Assembly: GCF_006345805.1 (NCBI RefSeq)
Contig: NW_021835255.1
Location: 1-42,268, forward strand
Length of the DNA: 42,268 nt
DNA from: Octopus sinensis
Taxonomy: Eukaryota
Reading direction: 5' to 3'
Shown here: one piece after another, positions 10,804 to 24,489 of the stretch
Layout: each line of letters opens with the position of its first letter
Numbering within the stretch: the stretch's first letter is position 1
Translations under genes and position numbers: made by a program
The notes under the pieces: model-generated
What the model was told of the DNA's origin: nothing
The model's database searches: none
What the model saw: the letters and a program-made list of their open reading frames with translations, nothing else

Positions 10804-12782
10804 TTTTGCAAGGGTACTATCATCGTGACCTGTGGGTATCTTTGGATGAGTCCATTTAGTTGCTAGCAGTCGACCACGTGTCTAGACTAAGGATAACTCG
10901 ATATCCTAACATGTTACTTTATATGGCAGCAACCCGTGTACCATGGAGCATTCCTGCCCTTTCTCGTCAGTCTTTGAGACTCAGAAAAACGTCGTAATGG
11001 ATGTATTTTCCCTTTCCCGGACTAATTCAGACATAAGACAATTTTTCTTGCGAGACCTTTTCGGTTTCCATAGATAAAAACCGCAAATGATCAAGCTCTT
11101 TCTGTAAAACAAACTGGTCAAATAGTCAAAAAGAATTCACAGAAACTGTTTGCTTGATCACGATTTTGCTCAACCTTCATCTGACATTTGTATTTTTGTT
11201 TTGTTTTGTTTCTTTAGTTCAGGTCAACACTTATCGAACAAAAATATAGGGCCATCTAGGATTACACCATCCAGTGTGAGATTTCGTTCGCTATACATTA
11301 GACATTTCCCTCGCTATTATGAGACAATCTGTAAGTCAGGAACCACGTATGCGCACGCAACACACATACACATATACAAGATGTTCGGGCAAAATTTGCT
11401 TGAATAAGAGGAATAGAAAACACAATATCTTATCCAATAATAAAAAATCAAAATTTATTAACTAGATTATGGCTGAGAGACAATAGTTTGTTCAAAGTAG
11501 CCTCCCTCAACTTCCTACAGAATGATTCAAAAGAGAAGATAACGAACTGCCTGTCAGTTTTTCGAACCAATATCTGAGTGGGGTAACTTGTTGTTTCTAT
11601 ATTATGAGATCTATTTAGAGTTACATGAACTGGGCTGTTTGAGAGTTAAGTCCCTTGGTCATGTTCACAGCTTAGTGATGCTGGTTAGCTACGAATTTCC
11701 AGGTTCTTAATCTATTGTTGTCTGTCCTACCGACTCGATTAGTAGCATTCCAGTCATAGAAATAAAACTCAGTGCCACAGTGGGTAAAAGAGGGTTGAAG
11801 AGGTGAGAAATATACAGGTAAAAGTGGAGAAATAGAGAAAAGGAAAGACTGGAAATATATTTTAGATACCGAGGTAGAAAAGAAGAAAATATTTGTATCC
11901 ATTATTAATCACGTCATCTAGTGACATAAATTGAATTACCTAACTAGCTCATAATCAATTACAGCCATACAGCTCTGGATCCACACCCACTAATACCTCT
12001 TCCAGTGATGTATTTTGAATTGCCAAACTAGCTAATGGCCTAGCATAATCCGACATTGTCACCCAGTCGTTTAGAAAAAAATGACTCCATTATCTATTTC
12101 AGTTTTGTGCAACTCACCCAATATTCATATAAGTGATCAGTTTTATCTGTTTGCCGCTAACCCACAATCGCATTCAAAACTTCAACTAAATCCACATCTT
12201 TAGAATTTGCACCCTAGCAAATGGTGTTCACCCGGGAAGAAATGGTGTTAAGTGCATGTGGGGTTGGTTGTGGATATTATAACGCCTGCAATTATAGCAG
12301 AAATAATGTCAAAGGCTTCTGTGGATCAGGATTAATAATTTATCTACCCCTGGAAAGTTCTTCTTTAGAGAAAGTTCCTCATTTGAGCATAAGCTCGGAT
12401 AAGCTAGGCTAACAGTTACTTATGCATTCAAGTCTTCACCTTTCCATGTCAGAGGTATTGTCGAAGAGAAAGGCGAGGACCTATATCCTCTAAAAATTCT
12501 GTCATTCCATATTCCTGCACTGGTTCTTTATTTTAGCAACCCCGGAAGTATGGAGGGCTAGATTGATCTTAATAGGATTTGAACTCAGAATGCCATAGGA
12601 AAAAAACTGGGGAAATATCAGAGTACATTTTATCCAAACTTTAATGATTCGGCCTTCATTCACGGCTTAAAGATCATTTCTTAAGGCAGTGGATCGGCTG
12701 TATTTTTAGAGCTGTCGAGAAGTCCGACGGAATAACTAAAGTATATTTAAACTGGGATCACATGTCTTGGTTGTATAATAAC

Positions 12783-13179
12783 ACTAGCAGTATCGCCCGG
12801 CGTTGCTCGGGTTTGTAAGGGAAATAACTATATAAGCATTTTTAGAAAGTTATAGCCAAAAAATAGCAAAAAAATGCATTAAAAATGGGAAAAAAATTAT
12901 GATAATTTTTTTTAAATCGTTGACTCATCGTAGACATTTTTAGAGAGTTACTTCCCTTATATAATAGCGAAAAAATGCATTAAAATGGAAAAAAATTATG
13001 GTAAATTTTTTTTAAATCGTAGACTCATCGTAGACGCGCGCTAATACCCAGAAGGGCTCGAAATGAATCACAACTATAAGATACCCGCTTTTGGTTACAC
13101 TGCACCGCAAAATGTGGGAGTAGTTAGGAATCTAAATCGTAGGAGACAGACACACAACTTGACTTTTATATATAAAGAT
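12783..13179 (+). mobile_element. Non-autonomous Helentron/Helitron2-type element
   Basis: Starts ACTAGCAGTATCGCCCGGCGTTGCTCGGG (subterminal hairpin) and ends CAGACACACAACTTGACTTTTATATATAAAGAT. It has an internal duplicated ~65-bp block, and both termini match the element at 19829-20172 in reverse. Confidence 0.75.
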
Positions 13180-13742
13180 ATCTACGTGATCACTTCACAA
13201 ATTCAGGACGAATGTTTCAACTTTAGGTTTGAAACAAATATACACCATAAGCTCAATTCACTGAGTAGTGACATCGAACTCGCTTCCCAGCAGAATGTGC
13301 CTCACATAGATACCATGCCTAAAACAACAGTTTAAATGATCAAGAGCGAATAGTTAAGTAATTCACGCTTTTGTCAGAAGGCATTAGTGACGTAAATGAA
13401 ACGATTCTAAACGGAAACTGAAACTGATCCTTTAGACGTATATATAGCGTATATATATAGAGAGAATTTAGAATCTGATTAAGCGGAAATTAAAGAATTT
13501 AAGGTGTAGCGCGGATAAAGAAGATTGAGAGAAGTCAGCAGACAAGAAGGCGGGTGTGAAGTGAAGCTATCCTTCAAGTATTCGGGGTTCATTACATTTC
13601 TCACTTGACTGTCCCTCTCGCGAACATGCCCAGGTCACGGACACAGTATAAACTTGCGAAACTACATCTCCGCTCACATACGCATACCCAGGCACCCATA
13701 ACATGCGCACGCACGCACGCACACACACAAACACACATATAT

Positions 13743-13778
<36 letters not shown>

Positions 13779-15118
13779 ACATTTATATATACATATCACG
13801 CACGCGCGCACACACTTACATACATAGTTAAGTATATAAACGCAAAGACATGTAAGCACGCTTGCATGCATATACTTATGTGCAATCATTTGTGGATACT
13901 CAACCGGAATAATTTCTCAACAGACCATGACGGTACAGTCATGCATCATCTTACAGCTATGCGATATTCATACCATGGCGCAATCTTGGCCGTATGGTTA
14001 CAAATTACGTTCCGCATTCCAGAGGTCTATAGTTCGATTCTACTTTGCTACGTAGGTTATTGCCAGGTAACATAAACCGTATCTGGCAAAGCCCTGTGAG
14101 TGAAACTGGATAGACGGAAACTGTGTGGAAGCCTAGAAGACAGCTGGTACCTGTGATTTTAAAGTCTACCGTCGGACTGATTGTCTCCGAAAATTACTTT
14201 AAGTCTCCAAAGGATTGATAATATAAATGTTTCCTTTTCAACGTTTTTTAATCAACATCTGTGGGAATATATGAGCTGGGATGAAATTCTAACGGCCAAT
14301 ATTTTAGGAAGAAAAGACTGGGTGTAGTAATGCAGGATCCTGTAGGAAACAAGAGTGAAAATGAAAGGAGAGAGACGATAAATTTTGGCAAACCTGACTG
14401 GAAGTGGCATCAGGTCAGCCCCAAGGATTAAAGACTGCTACATTACGGTAAAAAAATCGAGGAAGAACACTGCGTACCTGGTTGGACTTTTTTCTGGACG
14501 TTGGCTGTGTGTGTGGACGTAGCATGGTTTCAGATCTAAGAGCAATAGTCTATCATGTGCTTTGTATGAGAGCCGTAGAGCATCAATAAATGTTAGGAGT
14601 TGAATTATCCATTGTCCCCGAAGAAGAATTAGACTCTTGTATGTGGGTTTAGCTGTGTTATGAATAGGTTTTTGCGAAAAACGATCATCGGTAATAGTTG
14701 GAACCAGCAATTAGACTGATCATAATTGCTTTAACGGAGTATTGCACACGATTAAATAGGGTGGTGTACGATAATGTTTATTTGATATTAGAAGCGTTTT
14801 TGTGCTTGTATTTTTTTTATCGCTGTTGAAAAAGATAATGAGTAAGTAATTCTGCTGCTCAAAAATATGGAAAATTCATCGCCCAAATTGATAGAATTTC
14901 AATTTACTTTAATGTAACAGATATGTCGAATTTTCACATGCAAACTGCTTATGTTTTTATCAAGATTAAGAAATCTTGTATGTCCTCACCATTCTAGAAT
15001 TGTATTAAATCAATGAGAGCCTCTACGTGGTCGTGTGATATTTTACATACATATTTGAATGTGTGTGTGTGTGTGTGCGTGCGTATGCGCGCGTGTGTGT
15101 ATGTGTGTGTGTGTGTGT

Positions 15119-15162
<44 letters not shown>

Positions 15163-15794
15163 ATACGCGCAGCAGATAAATCTCTGCCCAAATCAAATTC
15201 TAGAGTTTTATTTATGGTAAAAAATGAAAAAAACATTATTTATTTAATTGGTTAGTCAGAGGTGACCCTCTTCAAGACATCTGAGATCGGGGAGGGGAAA
15301 TCGAGAATAAAAATACTCTCTCCAATTGATTTCCACACCGTTTCGTTTGCAAAATTTCTTTCGCAAAGCCTTTGTAGCTCCCAGAGTGTGGTGGAAAAAT
15401 TCGACACCTAAAGGGATCGAACTTGAAACCACGATGTTGTGTGTGTGTGTATGTGTGTGAGAGTGCTTGATACGCTGCCTCCCTCTTATTCACCTAGAGG
15501 ATTAGGTTAAGTGCCCGTGAAGTGCTCATCTACTTACAAATTAATTCAAGAGCAGATAATTCAGTTGACCGAACAATTAATATCCTTATAATCGAACCAG
15601 GAAACCCATCCGTGTATCTATACATACCGGGTATTCAGGTTAAATTTAACGAGTTTTTCATGTTTTGCCTCTTTTGTTTTTCAAGAACAGCTTGATGCAT
15701 TGGTCAACAGTTAACAGCGTTGGAGAGCATCAAGATTAAAGTTGTAGCTGAGAAAAAGTTAGCTGACATGGAGGACTGGAAGTCAGTGTTGGAA

Positions 15795-16177
15795 GCACTC
15801 CGTCGGTTACGACGATGAGGGTTCCGATTGATCCGATCAAATCAACGGAACAGCCTGCTCGTGAAATTAACGTGTAAGTGGCTGAGCACTCCACAGACAC
15901 GTGCACCCTTAACGTAGTTCTCGGGGATATTCAGCGTGACACAGAGAGTGACAAGGCCGGCCCCTTGAAATACAGGTACAACAGAAACAGGAAGTAAGAG
16001 TGAGAGAAAGTTGTGGTGAAAGAGTACAGCAGGCATCACCACCATCCCCTGCCGGAGCCTCGTGGAGCTTTTAGGTGTTTTCGCTCAATAAACACTAACA
16101 ACGCCCGGTCTGGGAATCGAAACCGCGATCCTATGACCGCGAGTCCGCTGCCCTAACCACTGGGCCATTGCGCCTCC
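15795..16177 (-). mobile_element. Full-length tRNA-derived SINE family D
   Basis: Minus head GGAGGCGCAATGGCCCAGTGGTTAGGG...GGTTTCGATTCCC; the 3' part is shared with 22000-22312 and 34455-34580. Confidence 0.9.
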
Positions 16178-16329
16178 ACGGAAGTCAATGTAAGACATGA
16201 ATAACATCTACAACTGCAACGAACTCTACGAAGCCGTGGCCACCAGGAAGGGGCACAGCAGCCGTTCTGACTGCATCAGCATGCTGCAAAACATACCCAC
16301 ATCTTTAGATAGGATTTTAACCTCATTTC

Positions 16330-16710
16330 AGACAGCTACGAGAAGCTGAGAGAGATTGTGATCAATCACTGGCTGGAGAGGGTTGCCGCTGGAAGGCCAT
16401 ATATGTGGTAGCGTGATTCCGCTTTTTGTCATACCTCCGGAAGGAGTCATTCTCTGGAATGGAGAATTTCTATGACTTGACCAGTCTTAATTTCTGGACC
16501 CTAATTCCCACAACTGAAGTCCCATGGATTACTATGTGTGGGGCACGGTTGAGAAAGGTACCAACTGCACTACCTGCAACATCAAAGCAGAGCTAGCGGC
16601 CAAAATCAAGGTGTTCGAAGAGCTTCCCAGTACATAGCGAGGAATGCATACACCGGGTTCTGGAGCCGTCTTGCAGCTGCAGTGGAAGTTGTTGGCGGCT
16701 ACTTTGAGGA
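16330..16710 (+). pseudogene. Tc1/mariner (maT/DD37D-like) transposase remnant
   Basis: Frameshifted translation WLERVAAGRPYMW*RDSAFCHTS...NFW/PNSP/L/PMDYYVWGTVEK...SRLAAAVEVVGGYFE, matching the WQQDSAPxH and WPPNSPDLNPMDY motifs. Confidence 0.85.
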
Positions 16711-18429
16711 AACTGTTATCTCCCAGCTATAATCCAGTTAATATTGAGGTTTTAGAAAAGTTTTATTATTGGATGGGATATTGTTTTCTTTTCCTCTTAT
16801 ACAAGCAGTCAGACTTTGCCCAAAGATCTTGTATCCGTGTGCGCATAGGTGGTTCCTGAGATATAGATTATCTCATAGTGGCGAGGAAAATATAGGTGGA
16901 ACACTTTTTTGTCATAGGCTTAGTGAGTTTGACCTAATATGGGTTTAAACAGCGTCAACAATGGTAAACATTAAACTAATGTTTTATTAGATAAGAGGGT
17001 GTGGACGTATGAATTGGTGGTAAAAAATTAATAGATTTTTATGTAATCTGAAGATGAGACCAGAGCAATCGAGATTTGAGCGCAAACAAAGTCAAGTAAA
17101 ATAAACCCCGCAGTACTACATTCATACCGGAACTGTTACCCACTATTTGGCGGCTCAAATCTAAGATTTAACAAAATAAATTTTGATGCAAACCAGATGT
17201 TACCCATGTGAAGGGCTAGGATCGTGTTTCAATTTGGAATCTGAAAAGGAATCCTATTGAAAGTATATCTCTCTACCCCGTTTTAATTTCACCGACGATC
17301 AATGAATAATTGTTATGTTTATGTCACTATGACATTAGTGATATAACGTGAAGTGAAATTTAACGTAAAGTGAAATATTCGCTATATAAGATTCTATACT
17401 GTTGCTGTTTTCATTCTGTCTTAAATAAGTGTTTTATGATACGTAAAAATATTTTTCGTTGAAAACATTTATAGCAGATTCAATAATGCTAAAAAAAAAA
17501 CTCGTACATTATAAAATCAAATCTAGTCAGCTTGAAAGTTGAGTACATCTCCCTCTTTGGCAGCAACGATGCAGTAATAATGAGATGGAAACACAATGAA
17601 ACAACGCCATATTTGACATCATGGCTTTATTTGCAGTAGGTAACAAACTGGTTTATATGCTCGATTTTGGCTGCTTATCCCCGTTTATCGCTGACAAAGC
17701 AGCACCAGCCTCTGATCATAGATTGTTGTAGTAAATCTGAAGGTATGTTATTTAAACCTCAGGCATTTCTCTCAGTTTTAAGACTGTGAAAGCTAATTTG
17801 AAGAATGCCCATTATTTTAAGGTAAGGGAAACGCAGGACATTCATGCTTTCTCGACTTAGTTAACCGTATAAGTCAAGGTCTTTGAGATCACAGCTTGCC
17901 TATAGCTTCCACAGTGGTGACAGGATATATTTTAAATAGTGACTCTAAGAAAATAATATTTCTTTGTTCATGTGTATATTTACCTTTATAAACTCATTTA
18001 TGGCGGACTTTTTATATATCTTTGAAGTTACATTGAATTAAAATTCCAACTCTAACCGCCTCTTTAACGGCTGTACGATTTAATTTTAATGGTTGAAACA
18101 TGTAGAAAAAAACATGATAGCGTAAAAACAATGAGGAACAGCAAAGAGTGAGCAATTGATACGCAACGGTGTTTAATGATTATTCACTGCGCGCGCCTCC
18201 ACCAACTCCGACATTTTGTAACCATAGATAATGACTGTCATATTTAACATTAATCTTTCTTGTAGATCTATCTGACATATCTTTTCCCACCTAGGATTAA
18301 ATGACGATTGCAATCGCATATTGCGCAAATACGACCGCCCAGATATATAAGTTAATCGATAAAATTGCTGACGTTGAGATTTACATTTTAATACAAGGTT
18401 TACGCACTGTATGTGTGTATATGTGTGCG

Positions 18430-18521
<92 letters not shown>

Positions 18522-18522
18522 C

Positions 18523-18560
<38 letters not shown>

Positions 18561-18827
18561 GTATGTATTACATTCGGTCTTTTGCCTGACCTATATAAAA
18601 TATTTCAACGTGTGAGCAAACATTAGGATTTCGATCTATTGCCCCTTTCCTCCCTCCCCCTCTCTCTCTCTCTTTCTCTTTCTCTTTTTCTCCCTCTCTT
18701 TGATATATTTCACTGCATTCATCCATTTGCTTGTAGCTATGGACGATATTGACTTCAACGGTTTTAATCAATTATGTTGACACCAATACTTATAACGCTG
18801 CTTATTTTATCGAACCGGAAAAACACA

Positions 18828-19466
18828 TGGATAAGAAGTTTGCTTTCCCACTACATGGTTCTGGGTTCAGTCCCACTGCGTGGCATCTTGAGCATGTGTC
18901 TTCTAATACAGCCCTGGGCCGACCGAAGCCTTGTAAGTGGAGGTGGTTGACTGAAACTGAAAGAAGCTCGTTATATGTGTATGTATGTATGTATGTATGT
19001 ATGTATGTATGTATGTATGTATGTATGAATGTATGTATGTATGCATCCATGCATGCATGTATGCATGTATGAATGTATGTATGTATGTATGTATGTATGA
19101 ATGTATGTATGAATGTATGAATGTATGTATGTATGCATCCATGCATGCATGTATGCATGTATGAATGTATGTATGTATGTATGTATGTATGTATGTATGT
19201 ATGTATGTATGTATGAATGTATGTATATACACACGCACATATATTTGCATATATATGTTTATGTTTTTATATGTGTCTTTGTACTTGCATTTGTCCCCCA
19301 CCACCGCTTGATAACCAGTGTTGGTTTTAGATCCCCGTAACTTAGAATAAGTACCAGCCTTAAAAACGTAATGGAGATCAATTCGTTCAAGTAAAACCTT
19401 CATGGCCGTACTCCAGATTGGCTGCAGTTCAATGACTGAAACATGTAAAAATTAAAAGATAAAAGA
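18828..19466 (+). mobile_element. SINE family B with the internal (TATG)n expanded to about 290 bp
   Basis: 5' and 3' halves of SINE B flank the tract at 18972-19265. Confidence 0.9.
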
Positions 19467-19828
19467 TATACCTTTATACATACATACATATATACATACA
19501 TACATACATACATACATACATACATACATACATACATACATACACGCATACATACATACACGCATATATACATATATGTACGCAGACATGCACAAACACA
19601 CGCACACACACACACATGCACACACACACGCAACACATGCACATACACTCAGATACACACACGTATACACTCATGTACGCACGCAAGCACACATTTTAAT
19701 GTTTCTGCATGAAACTCTAAGTCACTGAATCGGATTCTAGGCTTTAATTTTAATAAGTAATCTATGATTTTATTCCTATTTATGTGGTTCGTATTAGCTG
19801 TCTCATATATATATATATATATATACAT

Positions 19829-20172
19829 ATCTCTCTATATATAAAGCTGAAGTTGTCTGTGTATGACAGGTTTAGTAGCCTTCAACTAACACTATCTCCT
19901 CCGAGACCCTGCGGTGCAAGTTGACAAAAATTGAAAGTATGATAGAAGAAGACCATGTTAACACCAAAAATTATTTACATCAAAAAGGTGCTTTTTTTCT
20001 ATGAAAATCCCTATCTTTTACGATTTTTTTACTGTTGTGTCGCCATTTTTCGGTATATTTCAACCAGGAAAATGTTCACCTAAAGAGAATAACAAGCTCT
20101 ATAATGCAAAATTCCAATTCTAAAGGGTCGAAAAGAAAACAAGCTTGAGCAACGCTGGGCTATACTGCTAGT
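19829..20172 (-). mobile_element. Non-autonomous Helentron-type element, same family as 12783-13179
   Basis: Minus start ACTAGCAGTATAGCCCAGCGTTGCTC; minus end ACACAGACAACTTCAGCTTTATATATAGAGAGAT. Confidence 0.75.
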
Positions 20173-20234
20173 ATATGTATATATACACTGCATGGGCCAA
20201 ATTTCATGCAACGAAAACAATTGACATTTTATCA

Positions 20235-20270
<36 letters not shown>

Positions 20271-20272
<2 letters not shown>

Positions 20273-20362
20273 CACAACAGATTAGGCTGTTGGAAAAGAA
20301 AATTTCCTAACATCGGGCTACAAATAGCTTTAGATGCCAAGAACCTTCCTAAGTATCCTAGC
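20271..20362 (-). mobile_element. Extremely 5'-truncated R4/Dong-type 3' end (array element c)
   Basis: 20362-20330 reads GCT AGG ATA CTT AGG AAG GTT CTT GGC ATC TAA = ARILRKVLGI*. AAT tracts lie on both sides (20363-20385 and 20232-20270). Confidence 0.75.
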
Positions 20363-20385
20363 TATTATTATCATTATTATTTATT

Positions 20386-20584
20386 TTCAATTCTGAAATA
20401 CTGTTGGATAGTTCTTAATTACCAGTTATTTTTTACTTGAAAGCAGGCAACAACAAATCACCAAAGATTTCAAGTAGTGCCTTCTCCTGTGATTCAAAGA
20501 GACAATACTCTCCTTAGAAAGCGAGCTGTACTCAACAATGTTGTTTTCTGGATCACCTCGCGCTTGACAGCAGCTCGAATATTC

Positions 20585-20586
<2 letters not shown>
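20386..20586 (-). mobile_element. 5'-truncated R4/Dong-type 3' end (array element b)
   Basis: Translates as NIRAAVKREVIQKTTLLSTARFLRRVLSL* (stop at 20494-20496). The 3'UTR has a 9-bp stem TACTTGAAA/TTTCAAGTA (20434-20442, 20468-20476); AAT on both sides. Confidence 0.82.
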
Positions 20587-20664
<78 letters not shown>

Positions 20665-21301
20665 CATCTTCTTCTTTCAATTCTATTTCCATTTCTTGCC
20701 GAGTGTGTTCCTGACACCTAGAGCAGAGAAACACACTGTATACATTAGTAAGCGATTAAAATAAACACACCAGATTGTCCATTTACAAAGTCATGTGATA
20801 GACTAAAAGAGGAAGAAAGACAGAGAAAAAGGGGAAAATAAACAATAAAAAGGGTAAACAAAAAAAATGAAGAGGGAAAAGGGAAAGAAATTTCACAGCG
20901 ACAATGCTCTTTTCAATACGTATGACGTACCAGTCAAGACAATTTTTTGCACTTCCTGCCTGGATGGTAAGCCACGGATCATTCTTAAATAATTTTCACT
21001 TCCTTTTTGATCATTCCAAGTGCTCCTACAATCACAGGTACTGTAACTTTCTTGAGATGCCACACCTTCTCAATTTCAATTAGAAAATCCTTATATTTTC
21101 TGAGCTAATCAAATTCTTTTGCCGAGATATTATAGTCACAGGGTGTACTCATACCAATCAATAAACAGACTTTATTGTTTTGGTCTTTCACAAAAATATC
21201 TGGTTTATTTGCTTTGGTGGTCCGGTCTGTACATACTGAAAAGTCCCAAAGAATCGTTACATTTTCTCCTTCAGTCACAGCCTCAGGGTGATGCTTGTAC
21301 C

Positions 21302-21302
<1 letters not shown>
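20665..21302 (-). mobile_element. 5'-truncated R4/Dong-type element with RLE endonuclease domain (array element a)
   Basis: Translates as YKHHPEAVTEGENVTILWDFSVCTDRTTKANKPDIFVKDQNNKVCLLIGMSTPCDYNISAKEFD*LRKYKDFLIEIEKVWHLKKVTVPVIVGALGMIKK/GSENYLRMIRGLPSRQEVQKIVLTGTSYVLKRALSL* (stop at 20893-20895). It has the PD..D/E..K RLE motif; AAT tracts at 21303-21351 and 20587-20664. Confidence 0.92.
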
Positions 21303-21354
<52 letters not shown>

Positions 21355-21483
21355 TTTCTTTACCATGTACAATTACGTGTGTATTTTATTTTATTTAAAT
21401 TTACAAAAATTAAAGCATGTCTTTGACAATACCAATGCGTGTTGAACTTATTTTGTGCATGACTTTTGCTCCCCACTCCCTGT

Positions 21484-21600
<117 letters not shown>

Positions 21601-21999
21601 CATTTTATCCTATGCCCTCGTGATTTTAAATGCCTGATCAGTGAACTTCGGAAGATAAAATATCACATTTAAAAATAACAGAAAAGAAAATAGATTTAAG
21701 TATCTAATTCGAGATCAGAGGTGCAGATGGAGGTGTGTTGTAGAACAATCGGTAATGTGATTCCTGGCTCTGCAATAGATATGGTGTTTCGAATCACAGC
21801 CGCGCCGTGTTGCGCTCTTCTATCTCAAATTAGTGGCAACATTAAGCGAAAGAGCAGAACTTGAGAAGAGTAGCTATGGTCTGTGTCGGCATATAGTACT
21901 TATATACGATTTACAAGATTTAATAAATAAATATGCTGTATGGAGGAGGAGGAATTTGACGTTTCTGAAAATATTACCTGTTAATGTATTCGTTTAATT

Positions 22000-24432
22000 G
22001 GCACTCCGTTGGTTACGACGACGAGGGTTCCAGCTGATCCGATCAATGGAACAGCCCGCTGGTGAAATTAATGTCCACGTGGCTGAGCGCTCCCCAGACA
22101 CGCGTACCCTTAGCGTATTCTCAGAGATATTCAGCATGACACAGAATATGACGAGGCTGGCCCTTTGAATTACAGGTACAACCTCTTTTTGTCAGCTGAT
22201 TGTACTGGTGCAACGGGAAATAAAGAGTATTGCATAAAGACAACGCGTCGCCAGGAATCGAACTCACAGTCATACGATCTTGAGCTGGATACTGAAACAA
22301 CTAAACCACGCATGGTTTATTATTGAAGCACAAAGCCAAAGATTTTGAGAAGGAATGTAGTCGATGCTATAAATTTCAGGGCCTGGCCTAGCACTTTATT
22401 TTAATGAAACTGAGCAGAGAAAATGCAAAGTGGTCTTCGGTGGAAATTGAACTCGTAACGTAAAACTCCGGAATGTATACCACATAACGCTTTTTTACAA
22501 CACTCCAGCGATTCTGCAAGCTATCAGCCATAAGTTAAGTTAATTCATATATTTTAAATGAAAAAGGAGTGTCTGTGTGAACGTAGCTTGCTTACCAGCC
22601 GCATGATTCCGGGTTCAGTCCCACTGCGTGGCACCTTGGACAGATGTCATCTGCTATAGCCTCGGGCCGACCAAAGTCTTGTGAGTGGATTTGGTTGACG
22701 GAAACTGAAAGAAGCCTGTCGTATACGTGTGTGTGTGTGTGTGAGTTTGTGTCTCTGTCCCCACCAACATCGCTTGACAATCGATGCTGTTGTGTTTACG
22801 TCCCCGTAACTTAGCGGTTCGACAAAAGAGGCTGGTAGAATAAGTACTAGGCCTACAAAGAATAAGTCCTGGGGTCAATTTTCTCGACTAAAAGTGGTGC
22901 CCTAGCATGGCCACAGTCAAATGACTGCAACAAGTAAAGGAATAAAGGAATAAAGGAATAATTGTCATTTACAGGCCGGTATGACTCGGTAGTTCGTTCC
23001 CTGCTTTCACTATGTGGAGGCAAGTGGCTTAGTAGTTAGGGCGTTGGAGTCATGATCGTAAGACTATGGTTTCAATTCCTGGACCGGGTGGCGCATCGTG
23101 TTTTTTGAGCAAAATACTTCATTTCACGTTACTCCTGTCCAGTCAACTGACGAAAATGAGTAATCCTGCGACGGACCGGCGTCCTGTTCAGGTGAGGAAT
23201 ATATACGCCATGGAAACCGGGAAACTGGCCCTATGAGTCTATTTAATTCAGGAAGGGTCTTTATCCTATCTTTATCTAACCATGCTTTCACTGATACTTT
23301 TGGATGTCCACGTAGTCACGAGCACCTCACCTTTCACAAACATCGTGGATGGGATACTTGGAGCGAGAGATGGCTTCACCAACATCAGACTACTATTCAT
23401 TTGCTGCATAGAAGGCCACAAAAACCCAAAGTAGTAAACTTCCTTGCTGAAGGATGCAAAGCGACGCTCGGGCCGGAATCAAACACACAGTTTCATCATC
23501 TGAGCCTAACACTTTAACCACTAGGCACCGTGCTGTCATCCGTTCAGAAAATTTTGGTACAAGGTCAGCAATTTCGGGGAAGGGTTAAATCGAATACATT
23601 GACTCCAGTGCTCGACTGGTACTTATTTCATCGATCCTCCAAAGGATGAAAGTCGACCTTGGTGGAGTTTGAACTCAGAATGTAAAGACGGTCGAAATGC
23701 CGCTAATCATTTTGCCTGGTGTGCTAACAATTCTGCCAGCTTACCGACTTTTCATAGCGACAACAATATAGATGTGTTTGACCTTTTATCTATGTAATAA
23801 AATTTCTCTCTCTCTTTTACCCTTTTATTTGTTTCAGTCATTTGACTGTGGCTATGCTGAAGCACAGCCTTTAGTCGAGCAAATCGACCGCAGAACTTAT
23901 TCTTTGTAAGACTAGTACTTATTCTATCGGTCATTTTTGCCGAACCGCTAAGTTACGGGGATGTAAACACACCAGCATCGGTTGTCAAGCGATGTTGGGG
24001 GGAGGGGGACACAAACAGATACACAGGCACACACACATTTATATACATATATACGTCGGGCTTCTTTCAGTTTCTGTCTACCAAATCCACTCACAAAGCT
24101 TTGGTCGGCCCGAGGCTATAGTAGAAGACACTTGCCCAAGGTGCCACGCAGTGAGACTGAACCCGGAACCATGTGGTTGATACTTACCACACAGCGATTA
24201 TAATTTTTTTTTCTAAGGTGCCGAACTGGACAAAATACTTGGTAGCATTTAATCAGTCTTCGTGTTCTGAGTTCAAATTCCGCTTAGGTAGATTTTGGCT
24301 TTCGACCTTTTGAGATTCGGTAAAATATTTACCAGTCAAGCACTGGTGTTGATGTAATCGATTTATCCTCCCCTAAAATTGCTGGCCTTGTGCCAAAATT
24401 TGAAGCTATTATTATTATTATTATTATTATAA

Positions 24433-24489
<57 letters not shown>

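Noticed and set aside
11880-12240. Minus-strand protein-like phrases (VDLVEVLNAIVG...)
   Set aside because: Many stops and no identifiable motif, so it cannot be assigned.
15680-15795. Short frame IGQQLTALESIKIKVVAEKKLADMEDWKSVLE next to the SINE D tail
   Set aside because: It could be a LINE remnant or an exon, but it is too short and has no diagnostic motif.
15795-16177. tRNA genes at SINE heads (A and B boxes throughout the window)
   Set aside because: They continue into SINE bodies and lack complete cloverleaf and acceptor stems, so they are SINE heads rather than tRNA genes.
18295-18350. Possible terminal exon LNDDCNRILRKYDRPDI* after a CCTAG acceptor
   Set aside because: It cannot be joined in frame to the candidate upstream exons (joining to 11330 creates TGA), and I recognise no homology.
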